33,635 nt of DNA from NCBI GenBank assembly GCA_016202425.1, contig JACQOS010000101.1, positions 1 to 33,635 of the forward strand, given 5' to 3'. A program made the position numbers and the translations under genes. Origin of the DNA: Chloroflexota bacterium. GTDB lineage: Bacteria; Chloroflexota; Dehalococcoidia; Lucifugimonadales; JACQOS01. Below are positions 17,847 to 28,769 of the stretch, piece by piece. Positions within the stretch are counted from its first letter, which is position 1. The number at the start of each line of letters is the position of its first letter. The notes below the pieces were generated by a model. It saw nothing but the letters and a program-made list of their open reading frames with translations. It was not told where the DNA came from and did not search any database.

Positions 17847-18932
17847 CTACCCCCCCAGCAGCCGCTCCCCACGGACGATGCGCTGGAGGTCCAGGAAGGT
17901 GATCAGCACGGCCAGGGTGATGAGGACCGCGAACCCCATCATGTGGACCATCCCCTCCTTCGCGGGGGCGATGCGCTTCCCCCGCCGGGCAAGCTCGATA
18001 ATCACGAACAGGATGCGCCCTCCGTCCAGAGCGGGAAGAGGCAAGATGTTGAAGAGCGCCAGGCTCCAGCTAATGATGGCCGTAATATGAGTCGTCACCA
18101 GAAGGCGCTCCCCAAGGCGGAACCCCTCCTGCTGCGCTAGTTCGCCGAAGACCTGGGCCATCCCCACAGGCCCGGTCACCTCGGGGGCGGCTCCTCCCAG
18201 GGCCCAGCGGCTGAACTCGTTCTTCACCAGCACCAGCACCTGCCCCATCTGGCGCGCCGCCCGGACCACAGCGGTGGCGGGGCCCACAGTGCGCCGCTCC
18301 AGGCGCAAGTTGAAGGTGTTCAGGGTGATGCCCACGGCGCCCTGGCCTTCAGGAGGCGTGAAGCGGGGCACGACGGTGGCGGTCACCTTCTCTTCGCCCC
18401 GCTGCACAAGCCACGTCATGGGGGCACCCAACCGGAGGGCTACCCGGTACTGCAAGTCGGTGTGGTTGTCCACTCGGTGCCCGTCCACCTCGAGGACGAT
18501 GTCCTCCGGCTGGAGGCCAGCCCGTTCCGCCGGGGACCCCTGTCCCACCGCAAGGATGACCACCTGGCCGCTCACCACCTCTTGCGGCACCAGGAACAGA
18601 GCGGTGAAGAGCACCAGCGCCAGCGTGGCGTTCATGAGCGGCCCGGCAGCCATGACCAGAAAGCGCACGGCGGGGCTTTTCCCCGCCAGGCTCCCCGGCT
18701 CGGTGGGGTCCTCCTCTCCCGCCAGCTTCACGAACCCGCCCAACGGGATCGCGTTCAGCGAGTACAGCGTCCCGCCTCGGCGGATGCCCCACAGCCGGGG
18801 TGGGAACCCCAGGCCAAACTCCGGCACCCGCACGCCGCTCGCCTTGGCCGCCAGGAGATGCCCCGCCTCGTGGACGAGGATGAGGAGCGCCAGGACCACC
18901 ACGAAACCCAGGAGAAACAGGGCTACCGCCAT
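17847..18932 (-). CDS. rseP: RIP zinc metalloprotease RseP (site-2 protease, M50) with PDZ domain
   Basis: HEAGHLL zinc motif, a central PDZ-like region, NILPLPALDGG, and a conserved position after dxr. Confidence 0.92.
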   Translation of the reverse strand: MAVALFLLGFVVVLALLILVHEAGHLLAAKASGVRVPEFGLGFPPRLWGIRRGGTLYSLNAIPLGGFVKLAGEEDPTEPGSLAGKSPAVRFLVMAAGPLMNATLALVLFTALFLVPQEVVSGQVVILAVGQGSPAERAGLQPEDIVLEVDGHRVDNHTDLQYRVALRLGAPMTWLVQRGEEKVTATVVPRFTPPEGQGAVGITLNTFNLRLERRTVGPATAVVRAARQMGQVLVLVKNEFSRWALGGAAPEVTGPVGMAQVFGELAQQEGFRLGERLLVTTHITAIISWSLALFNILPLPALDGGRILFVIIELARRGKRIAPAKEGMVHMMGFAVLITLAVLITFLDLQRIVRGERLLGG

Positions 18933-18939
18933 GTCCGTG

Positions 18940-20073
18940 TCAGGCCAGCTCCCGGGCCCGCTGCCGCGCCCAGGCGTCCGCTGCCAGGATCTCCTCCAGG
19001 GAGAGCTCGCTGCCCGGCCGGTGCTCGTCCACTACCCGTCGGACCAGCCGGAGGATATCAGTGAAACCGATCCTTTCCCCCAGGAACAGCTCCACGGCGA
19101 CTTCGTCCGCGGCATTCAGGGCGGCCGGGTACGTCCCACCGGCACGGGCCGCCTCCAGAGCGAGGGCGAAGGCGGGATAGCGGGCCGGGTCCAGAGGCTC
19201 AAAAGTCAGCCTTCTGACCCTCACCAGGTCCAGACGTTCCGTGAACTGCCCCTGCCCTCGCTGCGGATAGAACAGCGCGTACTGGAGGGGAAGCCTCATG
19301 TCGGGATAGGCGAGCTGCGCCTTCACCGACCCATCCTGGAACTCCACCAGCGAGTGGACGATGCTCTGGGGATGGACCACCACCTCGATGCGTTCCCACG
19401 GCACGCCGAACAGCCAGTGGGCCTCCATCACCTCAAACGCCTTGTTCATCAGCGTGGCCGAGTCCACGGTCACCTTCTCCCCCATGCGCCAGGTGGGATG
19501 CCGGAGCGCCTCCTGCGGTGTCACCCTGTCCAGCTCCTCCACAGGCCGGCTCCGCAGCGGCCCTCCCGAGGCCGTAAGGATGAGGCGGGCCACGTCCCGC
19601 TCCTCCCCCCTCAGGCACTGCCAAATGGCGCTTGCTTCACTGTCCACCGGCAGCAGCTCCGCACCCGCCGCCACCTCCCGGGCCACCAGGGCGCCACCGA
19701 TAACCACCGCCTCCTTGCTGGCCAGGGCCACCCTCTTCCTGAGTTGCAAGGCATGAAGCACCGGCACCAGCGCCGCGGCTCCGGGAATGGCCATCACCAC
19801 CAGCTCCGCGTCTGGGTGTGCTACAAGTTCCAGGACCGTGGCGCGCGAAGCAAGGGGATTCCTCGCTCCTGCACCGTCCCCAGCAAGCTCCTCAGCGGCC
19901 ACCACCGCCGGGCAGAACTCCTCAACCTGGCGCGACAGCAGCGCCAGGTTGGACCGGGCGCTCAGGCCCACCACTCGGAACCGCTCTGGAAAGCGCCGGA
20001 CGACCTCCAGGGCCTGGCGGCCAATGGAGCCCGTAGACCCAAGGATGGCGATGCCCTTCACGCCTGCAGCCAT
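18940..20073 (-). CDS. dxr: 1-deoxy-D-xylulose 5-phosphate reductoisomerase
   Basis: Starts MAAGVKGIAILGSTGSIGRQALEVV at ATG 20073. 377 aa. The longer ORF to 20343 is an over-extension. Confidence 0.93.
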   Translation of the reverse strand: MAAGVKGIAILGSTGSIGRQALEVVRRFPERFRVVGLSARSNLALLSRQVEEFCPAVVAAEELAGDGAGARNPLASRATVLELVAHPDAELVVMAIPGAAALVPVLHALQLRKRVALASKEAVVIGGALVAREVAAGAELLPVDSEASAIWQCLRGEERDVARLILTASGGPLRSRPVEELDRVTPQEALRHPTWRMGEKVTVDSATLMNKAFEVMEAHWLFGVPWERIEVVVHPQSIVHSLVEFQDGSVKAQLAYPDMRLPLQYALFYPQRGQGQFTERLDLVRVRRLTFEPLDPARYPAFALALEAARAGGTYPAALNAADEVAVELFLGERIGFTDILRLVRRVVDEHRPGSELSLEEILAADAWARQRARELA

Positions 20074-20834
20074 GTGGCCCCATAGTACATCAGCACCAGA
20101 GACAAGACCAGGGAGTCCAGCCGGTCCAGCAGGCCACCATGGCCTGGTACCAGCCGCCCTGCCTCCTTGGCACCCGCAGCCCGTTTCAGCGCAGACTCCA
20201 GCAGATCGCCCGCCTGGGCCACGATGCCGACGCCCAGACCAAGGAGCACCCCCTGGGCAGCAGAGATGGGCAGCCCCAGGAGCCTGCTCAGCAGCGCCAC
20301 GGCTCCCAGCCCTCCCAACAGGCCGGCCGCCGCGCCCTCCCACGTCTTGCCAGGGCTCACCCGTGGGGCCATCCGGTGCCGGCCCACCGCGCGCCCCACG
20401 AAATAGGCGGATGTATCCACGGCAAACGTACCCAGGATGGCCACCAGGAGCCAGGCACCACGCTCATCCAGAGCCCTCAGCAGTGGCGCATAGGCCAGGG
20501 TGCCGCCCAGGTACAGGGGACCAAGGATAGCCGACACCCCAGCGTCGAGACCCCGATGGCCCCGGGCGTGAGCGATGTACTTGGCCAGGAAGAATACCCC
20601 CGTTGCCACCACAAAGGCCCCGGGGTTGAAGCGCCACACGTGGCCGTTGACGACCAGCAGAGCGGTAGCAACGAACCCAGGAAGCTGAAGGACCCACGGC
20701 CGCTCTAAGCGGCTGAGGCGATAGAACTCCCAAAGCCCCAGAAGCGCTGCCGCGACAACCAGCGCGGTGAGCCAGAAGGACCCCAGCACCACAAGCAGCA
20801 GGAGCAGCGGGGTCCCCACCGCAGCAGTGGCCAC
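20058..20834 (-). CDS. cdsA: Phosphatidate cytidylyltransferase
   Basis: Multi-TM protein with the CdsA C-terminal signature S..KR..G.KD.G.L.PGHGG.LDR.DS. The start is uncertain. GTG at 20834 gives 258 aa. TTG at 20963 (ORF track) would overlap uppS by 74 nt. Confidence 0.85.
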   Translation of the reverse strand: MATAAVGTPLLLLLVVLGSFWLTALVVAAALLGLWEFYRLSRLERPWVLQLPGFVATALLVVNGHVWRFNPGAFVVATGVFFLAKYIAHARGHRGLDAGVSAILGPLYLGGTLAYAPLLRALDERGAWLLVAILGTFAVDTSAYFVGRAVGRHRMAPRVSPGKTWEGAAAGLLGGLGAVALLSRLLGLPISAAQGVLLGLGVGIVAQAGDLLESALKRAAGAKEAGRLVPGHGGLLDRLDSLVLSLVLMYYGATWLQA

Positions 20835-20889
20835 GCGCAGGCGCAGGGAGTCGCGGAGGGCGGGGCGAGGGCCTCGCCGGGAGGCAGCA

Positions 20890-21660
20890 TCACCCGATAG
20901 GGATGAGGGCGCCAAAGCGTCGCGTTCGTTCCCCAAAGGAGCGGAGGGCGCGCTCCACCTCAACTTCGTCGAAGTCCGGCCACGGGCAAGGGCTGCAGTA
21001 GAACTCGCTGTACGCCGACTGCCAGATGAGGAAGTTGCTCAGCCTCTGCTCCCCCGCCGTGCGGATAATGAGGTCCGGGTCCGGAAGCTCCCGCGTATAC
21101 AGGTACCGCCCGAACACGGTTTCGTCGATCCGTTCAGGCGCCAGGCCATCCCGCACGATCGCCTTCACCGCTTCCAGGATCTCATCTCGGCCGCCGTAGT
21201 CGAACGCGACCCCCAGCGTCATGCCCGTGTTGTTCCGGGTCAGCTCCAGGGCCCGCCGGATCTCCCGCTGAAGCCGCTTGGGAAACCGGTCCAGGCGCCC
21301 GAGGTGCAAGATGCGGACGTTCTTGGCATGGAGCGCCCGGACCTCGCTCTCTATCACTCCCTGGAGTATGGACAGCAGACCCCGGACCTCTTCGGGAGGA
21401 CGGCTCCAGTTCTCCGTGGAAAAGGCGTACAGGGTAACGTGGCGCACCCCATGGCGTCCCAGCGCCTCCAGCACTCGATGGAGGTTCTGGGTACCCGCGC
21501 GGTGGCCTTCCAACCGGGGCAGGCCCCGCTGCCCTGCCCACCGGCCGTTGCCATCCATGATGATGGCCACGTGGTTGGGGACCTTGTAGCCGTTGGTCTG
21601 CTGGCCAACGGCCTCAGGGGAAGGGAAGAAAGGCTGGGATGGCAATAGTGCTTCAGACAA
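20890..21660 (-). CDS. uppS: Isoprenyl transferase (undecaprenyl diphosphate synthase family)
   Basis: HVAIIMDGNGRWA and ...RTAGEQRLSNFLIWQSAYSEF motifs. TTG start. Confidence 0.92.
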   Translation of the reverse strand: MSEALLPSQPFFPSPEAVGQQTNGYKVPNHVAIIMDGNGRWAGQRGLPRLEGHRAGTQNLHRVLEALGRHGVRHVTLYAFSTENWSRPPEEVRGLLSILQGVIESEVRALHAKNVRILHLGRLDRFPKRLQREIRRALELTRNNTGMTLGVAFDYGGRDEILEAVKAIVRDGLAPERIDETVFGRYLYTRELPDPDLIIRTAGEQRLSNFLIWQSAYSEFYCSPCPWPDFDEVEVERALRSFGERTRRFGALIPIG

Positions 21661-21668
21661 GGCGTTCC

Positions 21669-22241
21669 CTACACCTCCAAGATTTCTGCCTCTTTGGCGT
21701 CACCCAGGCGCCCCATCTGCCCAATGAAAGCGTCGGTGAGCTTCTGGAGTTGCCCATCGGCACGACGATGGTCGTCCTGGGCGAGCTCTTTGCCGCGTTC
21801 CAAGGCACGCAGCTTCTCCAGCACGTCCCGCCGAACGTTACGGACCGCCACACGGCCGTCCTCCACGTACTTTTTCACGATGCGCACCAGATCCCGGCGT
21901 CGCTCCTCGGTCATGGGAGGAATAGGAAGACGGATGACCGTCCCGTCGTTGCCGGGGTTCAGTCCCAGGGCCGACTTGAGGATGGCCCGCTCGATAGCTG
22001 GGAGGACCTGGCGGTCCCAGGGTTGGATGAGCAGCAGCCGGGCCTCCGGGACGGAGATGGCGGCAAGCTGTTTCAGGGGCGTGGGGACACCATAGTAGTC
22101 CACGTTGAGGTTCTCCACCAGAGCAGGGTTGGCCCGGCCAGTCCGCAAGGTGGTCAGCTCCCGTCTCAGGGCCTCCACAGCCTTCTGCATCCGGCCTTCG
22201 GCATCCGCCAGCAAGGTATTCGCCGCGACGGGTAGTACCAC
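21669..22241 (-). CDS. frr: Ribosome recycling factor
   Basis: AEGRMQKAVEALRRELTTLRTGRANPALVE is typical of Frr. 190 aa. GTG start. Confidence 0.93.
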   Translation of the reverse strand: MVLPVAANTLLADAEGRMQKAVEALRRELTTLRTGRANPALVENLNVDYYGVPTPLKQLAAISVPEARLLLIQPWDRQVLPAIERAILKSALGLNPGNDGTVIRLPIPPMTEERRRDLVRIVKKYVEDGRVAVRNVRRDVLEKLRALERGKELAQDDHRRADGQLQKLTDAFIGQMGRLGDAKEAEILEV

Positions 22242-22259
22242 GGTTGCCCCATCGCCTCT

Positions 22260-23514
<1,255 letters not shown>

Positions 23515-23518
<4 letters not shown>

Positions 23519-24402
23519 GAGGCCCCCTCTCTCCCGTCACCGACAGAAGGCACGGGCTGCGAGACCTCCACGGCTCCCGGACTCTCCAAAAGCGCCGCGC
23601 CCTCGGCACCGCTGCGCAGCGCTTTCCCTTCTAAGACGGCATCCGCGATCCTCCGAGTGATGAGACGAATGGAGCGGATGGCGTCGTCGTTGCCGGGGAC
23701 GGGGAAGTCCATCAGCTCCGGGTTGCAGTCCGTGTCCACCACCGCCACAATGGGCACCTGCATCCGGCGCGCCTCGGCCACGGCGATCTTCTCCTTGCCC
23801 ACATCGATGACGAAGAGGGCCCCCGGGAGCTTCGTCATGGCCTTGATTCCCCCGAGATAGCGGTTGAGGCGCTCGATCTCCTTCGTCAGCTTGAGGGCCT
23901 CCAGCTTCGGCAGCACCTGGAACTGGCCTTTCAGCCGGCGCTCTTCCAGCCGGACCAGGTAGTCGATTCTTGCCTGGATGGTGGAGAAGTTGGTGAAGGA
24001 GCCCCCAAGCCAGCGCACGTTGACGTAGAAGCTCCCGCAGCGCTGGGCCTCTTGGGTAACGGTCTCCTGGGCCTGCTTCTTCGTGCCGACGAACAGCAGC
24101 TCCTCTCCCCCGGCCACCAGGTCCCGAACGAAGCCACACGCCCGCTCCAGCCGAACCATGGTCTGCTGGAGGTCAATGATGTGGACCCCGTTCCTGGCGG
24201 TGAAGATGAACTGCCTCATCCGGGGGTCCCAGCGACGTGTCTGATGCCCGAAGTGGACCCCCGCCTCCAGCAGGGCCTTCATGGTCAAGCGTTCGCTCGC
24301 CGGCGGCGCCGATGGGGACGCCGCGGCCTTCTCGCCGGCGGGTGCAGCCTCCGCGACCCGTTGGGTGGCTTGGACCTCCTCCATAACCCGTCCTTTCTCC
24401 AT
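23515..24402 (-). CDS. rpsB: 30S ribosomal protein S2 with an Ala/Pro-rich N-terminal extension
   Basis: The core starts at [22 protein letters not shown]. Candidate starts are ATG 24402 or ATG 24384; the latter has an AAAGGA SD. The ORF-track extension to 24654 runs through intergenic repeats (the FDFAQGRL-type translation) and is rejected. Confidence 0.9.
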
Positions 24403-24552
24403 AGCAACTTGCCTAGCTACAGTGCAGGCGGTAGTATAGCACACGCCCTTCCCTCCGGCAACGGAGAGCCAGAACCAGCGCCATGGCGAACGGCGCCTCG
24501 TCTGCCACTCCCCCACCCCACCCGCCAAGGGCATGGTGTGGTGAGCCAGGAA

Positions 24553-24633
24553 GGGGAGTCCAGAGTCCCGAGAGTCGGGACGGAGCCTGCCCTGAGCGAA
24601 GTCGAAGGGACGGGGGTCTGGGGGTGTCCCCCA
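24553..24633 (+). repeat. Modular intergenic repeat, copy 3 (GGGGAGTCC + TCCCGAgagTCGGGA hairpin + GCCTGCCCTGAGCGAAGTCGAAGGG + GGGGGTCTGGGGGTGTCCCCCA)
   Basis: Shares its first and last modules with copies at 2164, 5354 and 33543 (inverted). Confidence 0.8.
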
Positions 24634-24726
24634 CTGGGCACTGCCCAGACCCACGACTCGCTACCGTCGCCTGTCGTAGGTACGCTGCAACGCTGGTACA
24701 TGGGGGTGCAGGGCGAGCCCTGCTCC

Positions 24727-24772
24727 CCCCCTCTCCCGCTCGAAGAGTCTTCGACCTGAGGCGGGAGAGGGG
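24727..24772. repeat. Nested GC-rich hairpin (CCCCTCTCCCGC ... GCGGGAGAGGGG, with an inner TCGAAGAgTCTTCGA)
   Basis: 12-bp outer stem and 7-bp inner stem, seen directly. Confidence 0.6.
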
Positions 24773-24870
24773 GCCAGGGGGTGAGGGTTTTGAGATGAGT
24801 TCTCATCACCCTGTCAGGGCCAAGCCACCAGGGCCTCGCGCCCGCTGCATCGCCACCGGCGCCGAGTCAA

Positions 24871-26175
24871 TCAGGCGACCGCCTCGCCTTGAAGCGACCA
24901 GGCAGAGGTCTTCTGGACCTGGACCCTGACCGTCTTCCCCAGCAGCGAGCGGGGGTCCTCCAGGAACACCAGCTTGTCGCCCCGGGTACGGCCCCACCAC
25001 TTGCCCTTCTTGCGCCCCTGCACCAGCACCTCCTGCGCGGTCCCCAGGAGGCGCGCATTGGCCTCGGTCAGGAGGCGCTCCTGGAGGGCCTCCACTTCGT
25101 CCAGGCGCCGCCTTTTTTCCTGGTTCGGCACGTCGTCGGGCAGCTTGCGGGCGGCGATGGTGCCCGGCCGCTCCGAGTAGGCGGCCACATGCACCTTGTC
25201 AAACCTCACCTCCTCCAGCATCTGGAGGGTGCGGTGGAAAGCGATGTCGCTCTCGCCCGGGAACCCGACGATCACGTCGGTGGCGATGGACGCTTCGGGG
25301 ACCCGGGCCCGAATGCGCTCCACCAGCCGCCTGTAGTCGTCCGCGGTGTAGTCGCGCCGCATCGCCCGCAACACGTCGTCGTCGCCCGCCTGGAAGGGGA
25401 GATTGCAGTGCTCGCACACCTTGTCCAACGAGGCCACGGCATCGATGATCCGCTGGGTCATCTCGCTGGGGTGAGACGTGAGGAACCGGATACGCTCCAG
25501 GCCCTCCACCTGGTGGACTGCCCCCAGAAGATGGGCCAGGTCCGGCCGGTCTGGCAGGTCATGGCCGTAGGCGTCCACCGTTTGCCCCAGGAGAGTCACC
25601 TCCCTGACGCCCCTGGCCGCCAGCAGCTCTACTTCGCGCACCACCTCGGAGATGGGGCGGCTCCGCTGCCTGCCCCTCCGGTACGGGATAATGCAGAAGG
25701 TGCAGAACCTGTCGCAGCCGTGGATGACGGGGACCAGCTCGGCCACCGAAGCGCGGGGTGGCGTGAGGGTCTCCAGACACCCCTCGGCGTCGAAGCCGAG
25801 CCGGTCGCCCAGGAGGTCCAGGAGGGGGTGATAGTCCTGAGGGCGCAGGAAGACGTCAACGTAGGGGAAGCGGTCCCGCAGGCCATCGGCCTTGGGGCCT
25901 ACCATGCAGCCCATGAGGGCGACGATCCGCTGCGGGTGGCGAGACTTGATCGGCTTGAGGGAGGTGAGCATGCCCACCACCCTGTCTTCGGCGCTCTGGC
26001 GTACCACGCAGCTATTGAGGACGACCACATCCGCGTCGCGAGGAGAGGGCGTGGGCTTGAGCCCGAGCTGGACCAGGGCGCCCTCCAGCCGGTCGGAGTC
26101 GGCCCTGTTCATCTGGCAGCCAATGGTCCAGACGTGATACGTCTGCACTTCAGGTCTTTTGGTGCCGTCCCTCAT
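24871..26175 (-). CDS. miaB: tRNA (N6-isopentenyl-adenosine37-C2)-methylthiotransferase MiaB (radical SAM)
   Basis: N-terminal YHVWTIGCQMN (UPF0004 domain), the radical SAM CDRFCTFCIIP motif, and a C-terminal TRAM domain. 434 aa. Confidence 0.9.
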   Translation of the reverse strand: MRDGTKRPEVQTYHVWTIGCQMNRADSDRLEGALVQLGLKPTPSPRDADVVVLNSCVVRQSAEDRVVGMLTSLKPIKSRHPQRIVALMGCMVGPKADGLRDRFPYVDVFLRPQDYHPLLDLLGDRLGFDAEGCLETLTPPRASVAELVPVIHGCDRFCTFCIIPYRRGRQRSRPISEVVREVELLAARGVREVTLLGQTVDAYGHDLPDRPDLAHLLGAVHQVEGLERIRFLTSHPSEMTQRIIDAVASLDKVCEHCNLPFQAGDDDVLRAMRRDYTADDYRRLVERIRARVPEASIATDVIVGFPGESDIAFHRTLQMLEEVRFDKVHVAAYSERPGTIAARKLPDDVPNQEKRRRLDEVEALQERLLTEANARLLGTAQEVLVQGRKKGKWWGRTRGDKLVFLEDPRSLLGKTVRVQVQKTSAWSLQGEAVA

Positions 26176-26356
26176 GGTGCCGCCGGTAGTAGTCGGCCGT
26201 CATCCTGAGGACCGATTGGATCCTCCGTTCCCTCGTTTCCGGCCTCTTTGCTGTTGTGACGAGAGCAACGTAGCGACTCCGACACGATGGCTTGAGCTTC
26301 TCCCACATCATGACCATGCCGTCCCTAGCAGGGTGTTGAAAAACCCTTTCGACCAT
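26150..26356 (-). CDS. Short YdeI/OmpD-associated (OmdA)-like ORF, either an intact small gene or a 5'-truncated remnant
   Basis: W..LKPSCRSRYVALVTTAKRPETRERRIQSVL matches the L.PS.RR.Y..WI..AK..ETR.RRI pattern of that family. ATG at 26356 is preceded by AAGGGGGA. It overlaps the recombinase 3' end by 32 nt and the miaB start by 26 nt. Confidence 0.45.
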   Translation of the reverse strand: MVERVFQHPARDGMVMMWEKLKPSCRSRYVALVTTAKRPETRERRIQSVLRMTADYYRRHHEGRHQKT

Positions 26357-27945
26357 CCCCCTGTCCCCCTTGGGGTACAGGACGCAATTGCACCTCATCG
26401 GCGGAGCTGCCGAAGGGGATGACGGTCTTGATGGTGACCTGGCCGTCATTGTACACCGCTTCGTCCACCAGCAGGCGGAGTAGTTCTCGGCGCTGCTGGA
26501 AGTCCATAGCCCCCAGCCCCTGGGTGAGCCTCTCGGCCAACGCCTCTACCTGCCCCTGATAGCTCAGGGCCTTGTCCAGGTGGGCTAGCTGGCGCTCCAG
26601 TTCCCGGCGGCGCTCCTCGGCGCTGGTCTGCTCACTGCGCACTCGATCCATCTCCTCCCGCATCATGAAATCGGCGTAGAGGCCCTTGCGGTAGCCTTCC
26701 ACCAACCGCCTCTCTTCCTTGGGCAACTTCTCCAGCCGTTTTCTGACCTGGGTCAGTTCCTCTTCCAGAGCTTCCCTGGTGGTCGAGTCGGGTTGGGTGA
26801 GGCGCTCCAACTCTTGCAGGAGGAGGTCAGGATGTCGCAAGAGACCGGTGACGGTATCCCAGACCGCCGCCTCCACTGCGCGGCCACTGACCCAGGTGCC
26901 GGGGCATGGCTGGGGTTCCCCCCGCTCGTCGATGGGGGCCTTGAAATGGTTGCTCTTGAGACAGTAGTAGTAAGGCGTCCCGTGGCTTGTGCGAGCCCCC
27001 ATGGCACTCCCGCAGGCATGCTTTAGCAGCCCGGAGAGTAGATACTCCCGCTTGGTGTTACGACCAGCCCAGCGCTTGTTTTCCGCCAACCGCCTCCGCA
27101 CGACGTTGAAGGTCTCCTCGGGGATGATGGCGGGAACGGCAGTGGATATCTGCTCCTCCTTCGGTCGCTCATATATACGACGCTTGGGCCTCTGCCCCGG
27201 CTTGTCCACCACCATCTCGCGGTGCCACCGGTTCTGCCAGAGGGTGCCAGTGTAGGTCTCGTTGCCGAGCATCCCCGCCACGAAGCTTATGTGCCACCGC
27301 CGCCCGTTGGAAGGCTTGGGTATGCTCAGTCGATTGAGCCGGTCCACCAATTTGATCAATGAGAGCCTTTCCTGGGCGTAAAGGTAGAAGACCAACCGCA
27401 CTACCTTTGCCTCTTCTTCATCGATGACCAGGAGCGAGCTCTTGGGGTCGTAACGATAGCCATAGGGGGCGGCGGTGCTGCTAATCACCTTCCCTCGCCT
27501 TCTGGAGCCTCCCACGGATGGTGCGCTCCCGAATCTTCCCCCGCTCATATTCCGCTACGGCCCCCCGCATGGCGAAGAACATCCGCCCCTCAGGCGAAGC
27601 GTCCGTCTCCTGGGTAATGAACTCCAGCCGCACCCAGGCCCGCTCTACCTCGTCGGTGAGTAGCAGGAGGTCGGAGAGGTTGCGAGAGAGGCGGTCGGGG
27701 TCATAGCATAAAACCACGTCCACTTGGCCTTCTCTAACGGCCTGGCGCAACCGACTCAGGGCAGGACGATTCAGGTCGCCTCCCGAGTAGCCATCGTCCA
27801 CAAAAGCATCTCTCCCGCCGTCTGTGGCGAGGCCATATCCGCGTTCTTGCGCTCGCTTCCTCAGTCCCCAGTCCTGAGCTGCCAGGCCGTACCGCTCAGC
27901 CTGGGCATCGGTAGATACCTGCTCATATAGCGCTGCCTGTGTCAT
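26325..27945 (-). pseudogene. Large serine recombinase (phage-integrase type), frame-disrupted
   Basis: The N-terminal resolvase domain (ORF 27481..27945, ...LYEQVSTDAQ..., VLCYDPDRLSRN, EYERGKIRERT) ends at ...LQKAREGD*. The recombinase, zinc-ribbon and coiled-coil domains continue in another frame (ORF 26325..27548, from GKVISSTAAPYGYRYD). The shift lies at about 27481-27495. The Arg usually found two residues before the catalytic Ser (Y-x-R-V-S) is Gln here. Confidence 0.85.
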
Positions 27946-28166
27946 GCCTTCCTCCCTTCCTGGGCCTTGGGCTTGCGACGCCCCGGTCCCTTCTGATAGG
28001 TCTTGGCGAACTCCAAGAGGGCGTCCCTAGGGATGGCCCATGTTCGGCCCACCTGAATCGCCCGAATGCGCCCCTGGCGCACATTCCGCGACACCGCCTC
28101 TTGACTAATGCCCAACATCCGGGCTGCGACCGCTGTAGAAACGTACTCTGGGAGGTGTTCGCTCAT
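27942..28166 (-). CDS. Excisionase-family / MerR-like helix-turn-helix DNA-binding protein
   Basis: VSTAVAARMLGISQEAVSRNVRQGRIRAIQVGRTWAIPRDAL is a typical excisionase-type HTH. ATGA overlap with the recombinase start. Confidence 0.8.
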   Translation of the reverse strand: MSEHLPEYVSTAVAARMLGISQEAVSRNVRQGRIRAIQVGRTWAIPRDALLEFAKTYQKGPGRRKPKAQEGRKA

Positions 28167-28336
28167 GCGAACTTCATACTCCCGTGAAATGGCTGCCCGT
28201 CAAGCAACGTAAAGGGCAAACTTTGTGGCAGATGGAAGGACAGAAGGAGCCGATAGGCATGAAGCAGGGGCTCAGCCAGAAGGGCTTACGCCAGGGAATC
28301 ACAGGGGCTTTGGGACTTGACCCAACTGGAATCCGT

Positions 28337-28364
28337 GGGGGCGAGGATTTGAATCCTCGCCCCC
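28337..28364 (-). terminator. Perfect 12-bp stem / 4-nt loop GC-rich hairpin 9 nt downstream of the DnaN-fragment stop
   Basis: GGGGGCGAGGAT-ttga-ATCCTCGCCCCC. No U-tract follows, so intrinsic terminator function is only plausible. Confidence 0.4.
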
Positions 28365-28372
28365 TTCACACC

Positions 28373-28765
28373 CTATTGGCTGCGCTTCCGCCCCCGTCGG
28401 CCCTTCGGCTTCGGTGGATCCTCGGGCTCGGGGACCTGTTCCGCGGCTTCGGGAGCCTTCGCCTCCTCTTCTACAGGCTGGGACTCCTCCTGCCGGTTAG
28501 CAGGCGCCTCCTCAGCAACGGTTTCCTTCTGGACAGTCCCGTCGTCCCACTGAACGAACATGGGCATCATCATCACCACCACGGTCGGGTCCGTAGAGGT
28601 GAAGACGCCTGGGCTGGACGGACTGCTGGTCTGGATGGTCACCGGCCTCTCCTTGCCCTTCAGGTACTCCGCCAGGTACTTGTGGTTGAAGGCGATGCGC
28701 CCAGGCTCTCCCTCGGTCTCTGCCCAGACCATCACCTCCGCCTCACCCGCATGGCGCGCAAGCAC
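28373..28765 (-). pseudogene. DNA polymerase III beta-clamp (DnaN) C-terminal fragment fused to an acidic/Pro-rich tail with a basic end
   Basis: GRIAFNHKYLAEYLKG..VTIQTSSPSSPGVFTS...VVVMMMPMFV resembles the last roughly 65 aa of DnaN domain III. Domains I-II are absent. About 55 aa of E/P/A-rich sequence follows, ending KPKGRRGRKRSQ. Confidence 0.6.
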
Positions 28766-28769
28766 CAGT

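Noticed and set aside
24403-24654. N-terminal extension of rpsB to the first start codon of the ORF.
   Set aside because: The extension translates intergenic repeat modules ([11 protein letters not shown] and similar). The S2 homology and an SD-supported ATG lie downstream.
28167-28203. Sigma-70-like promoter for the excisionase-recombinase module (TTGACG ... TATGAA on the minus strand).
   Set aside because: The spacer is about 19 nt and the -10 element is weak. I cannot support this from sequence alone.
28337-28364. Possible tRNA 3' half / T-arm (GAGGATTCAAATCCTC on the minus strand) that could mark an integrase att site.
   Set aside because: With a 5-bp stem the loop is 6 nt rather than the canonical 7 nt. 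The whole sequence is a perfect 12-bp palindrome, and there is no D-arm, anticodon arm or acceptor partner nearby. I treat it as a hairpin only.
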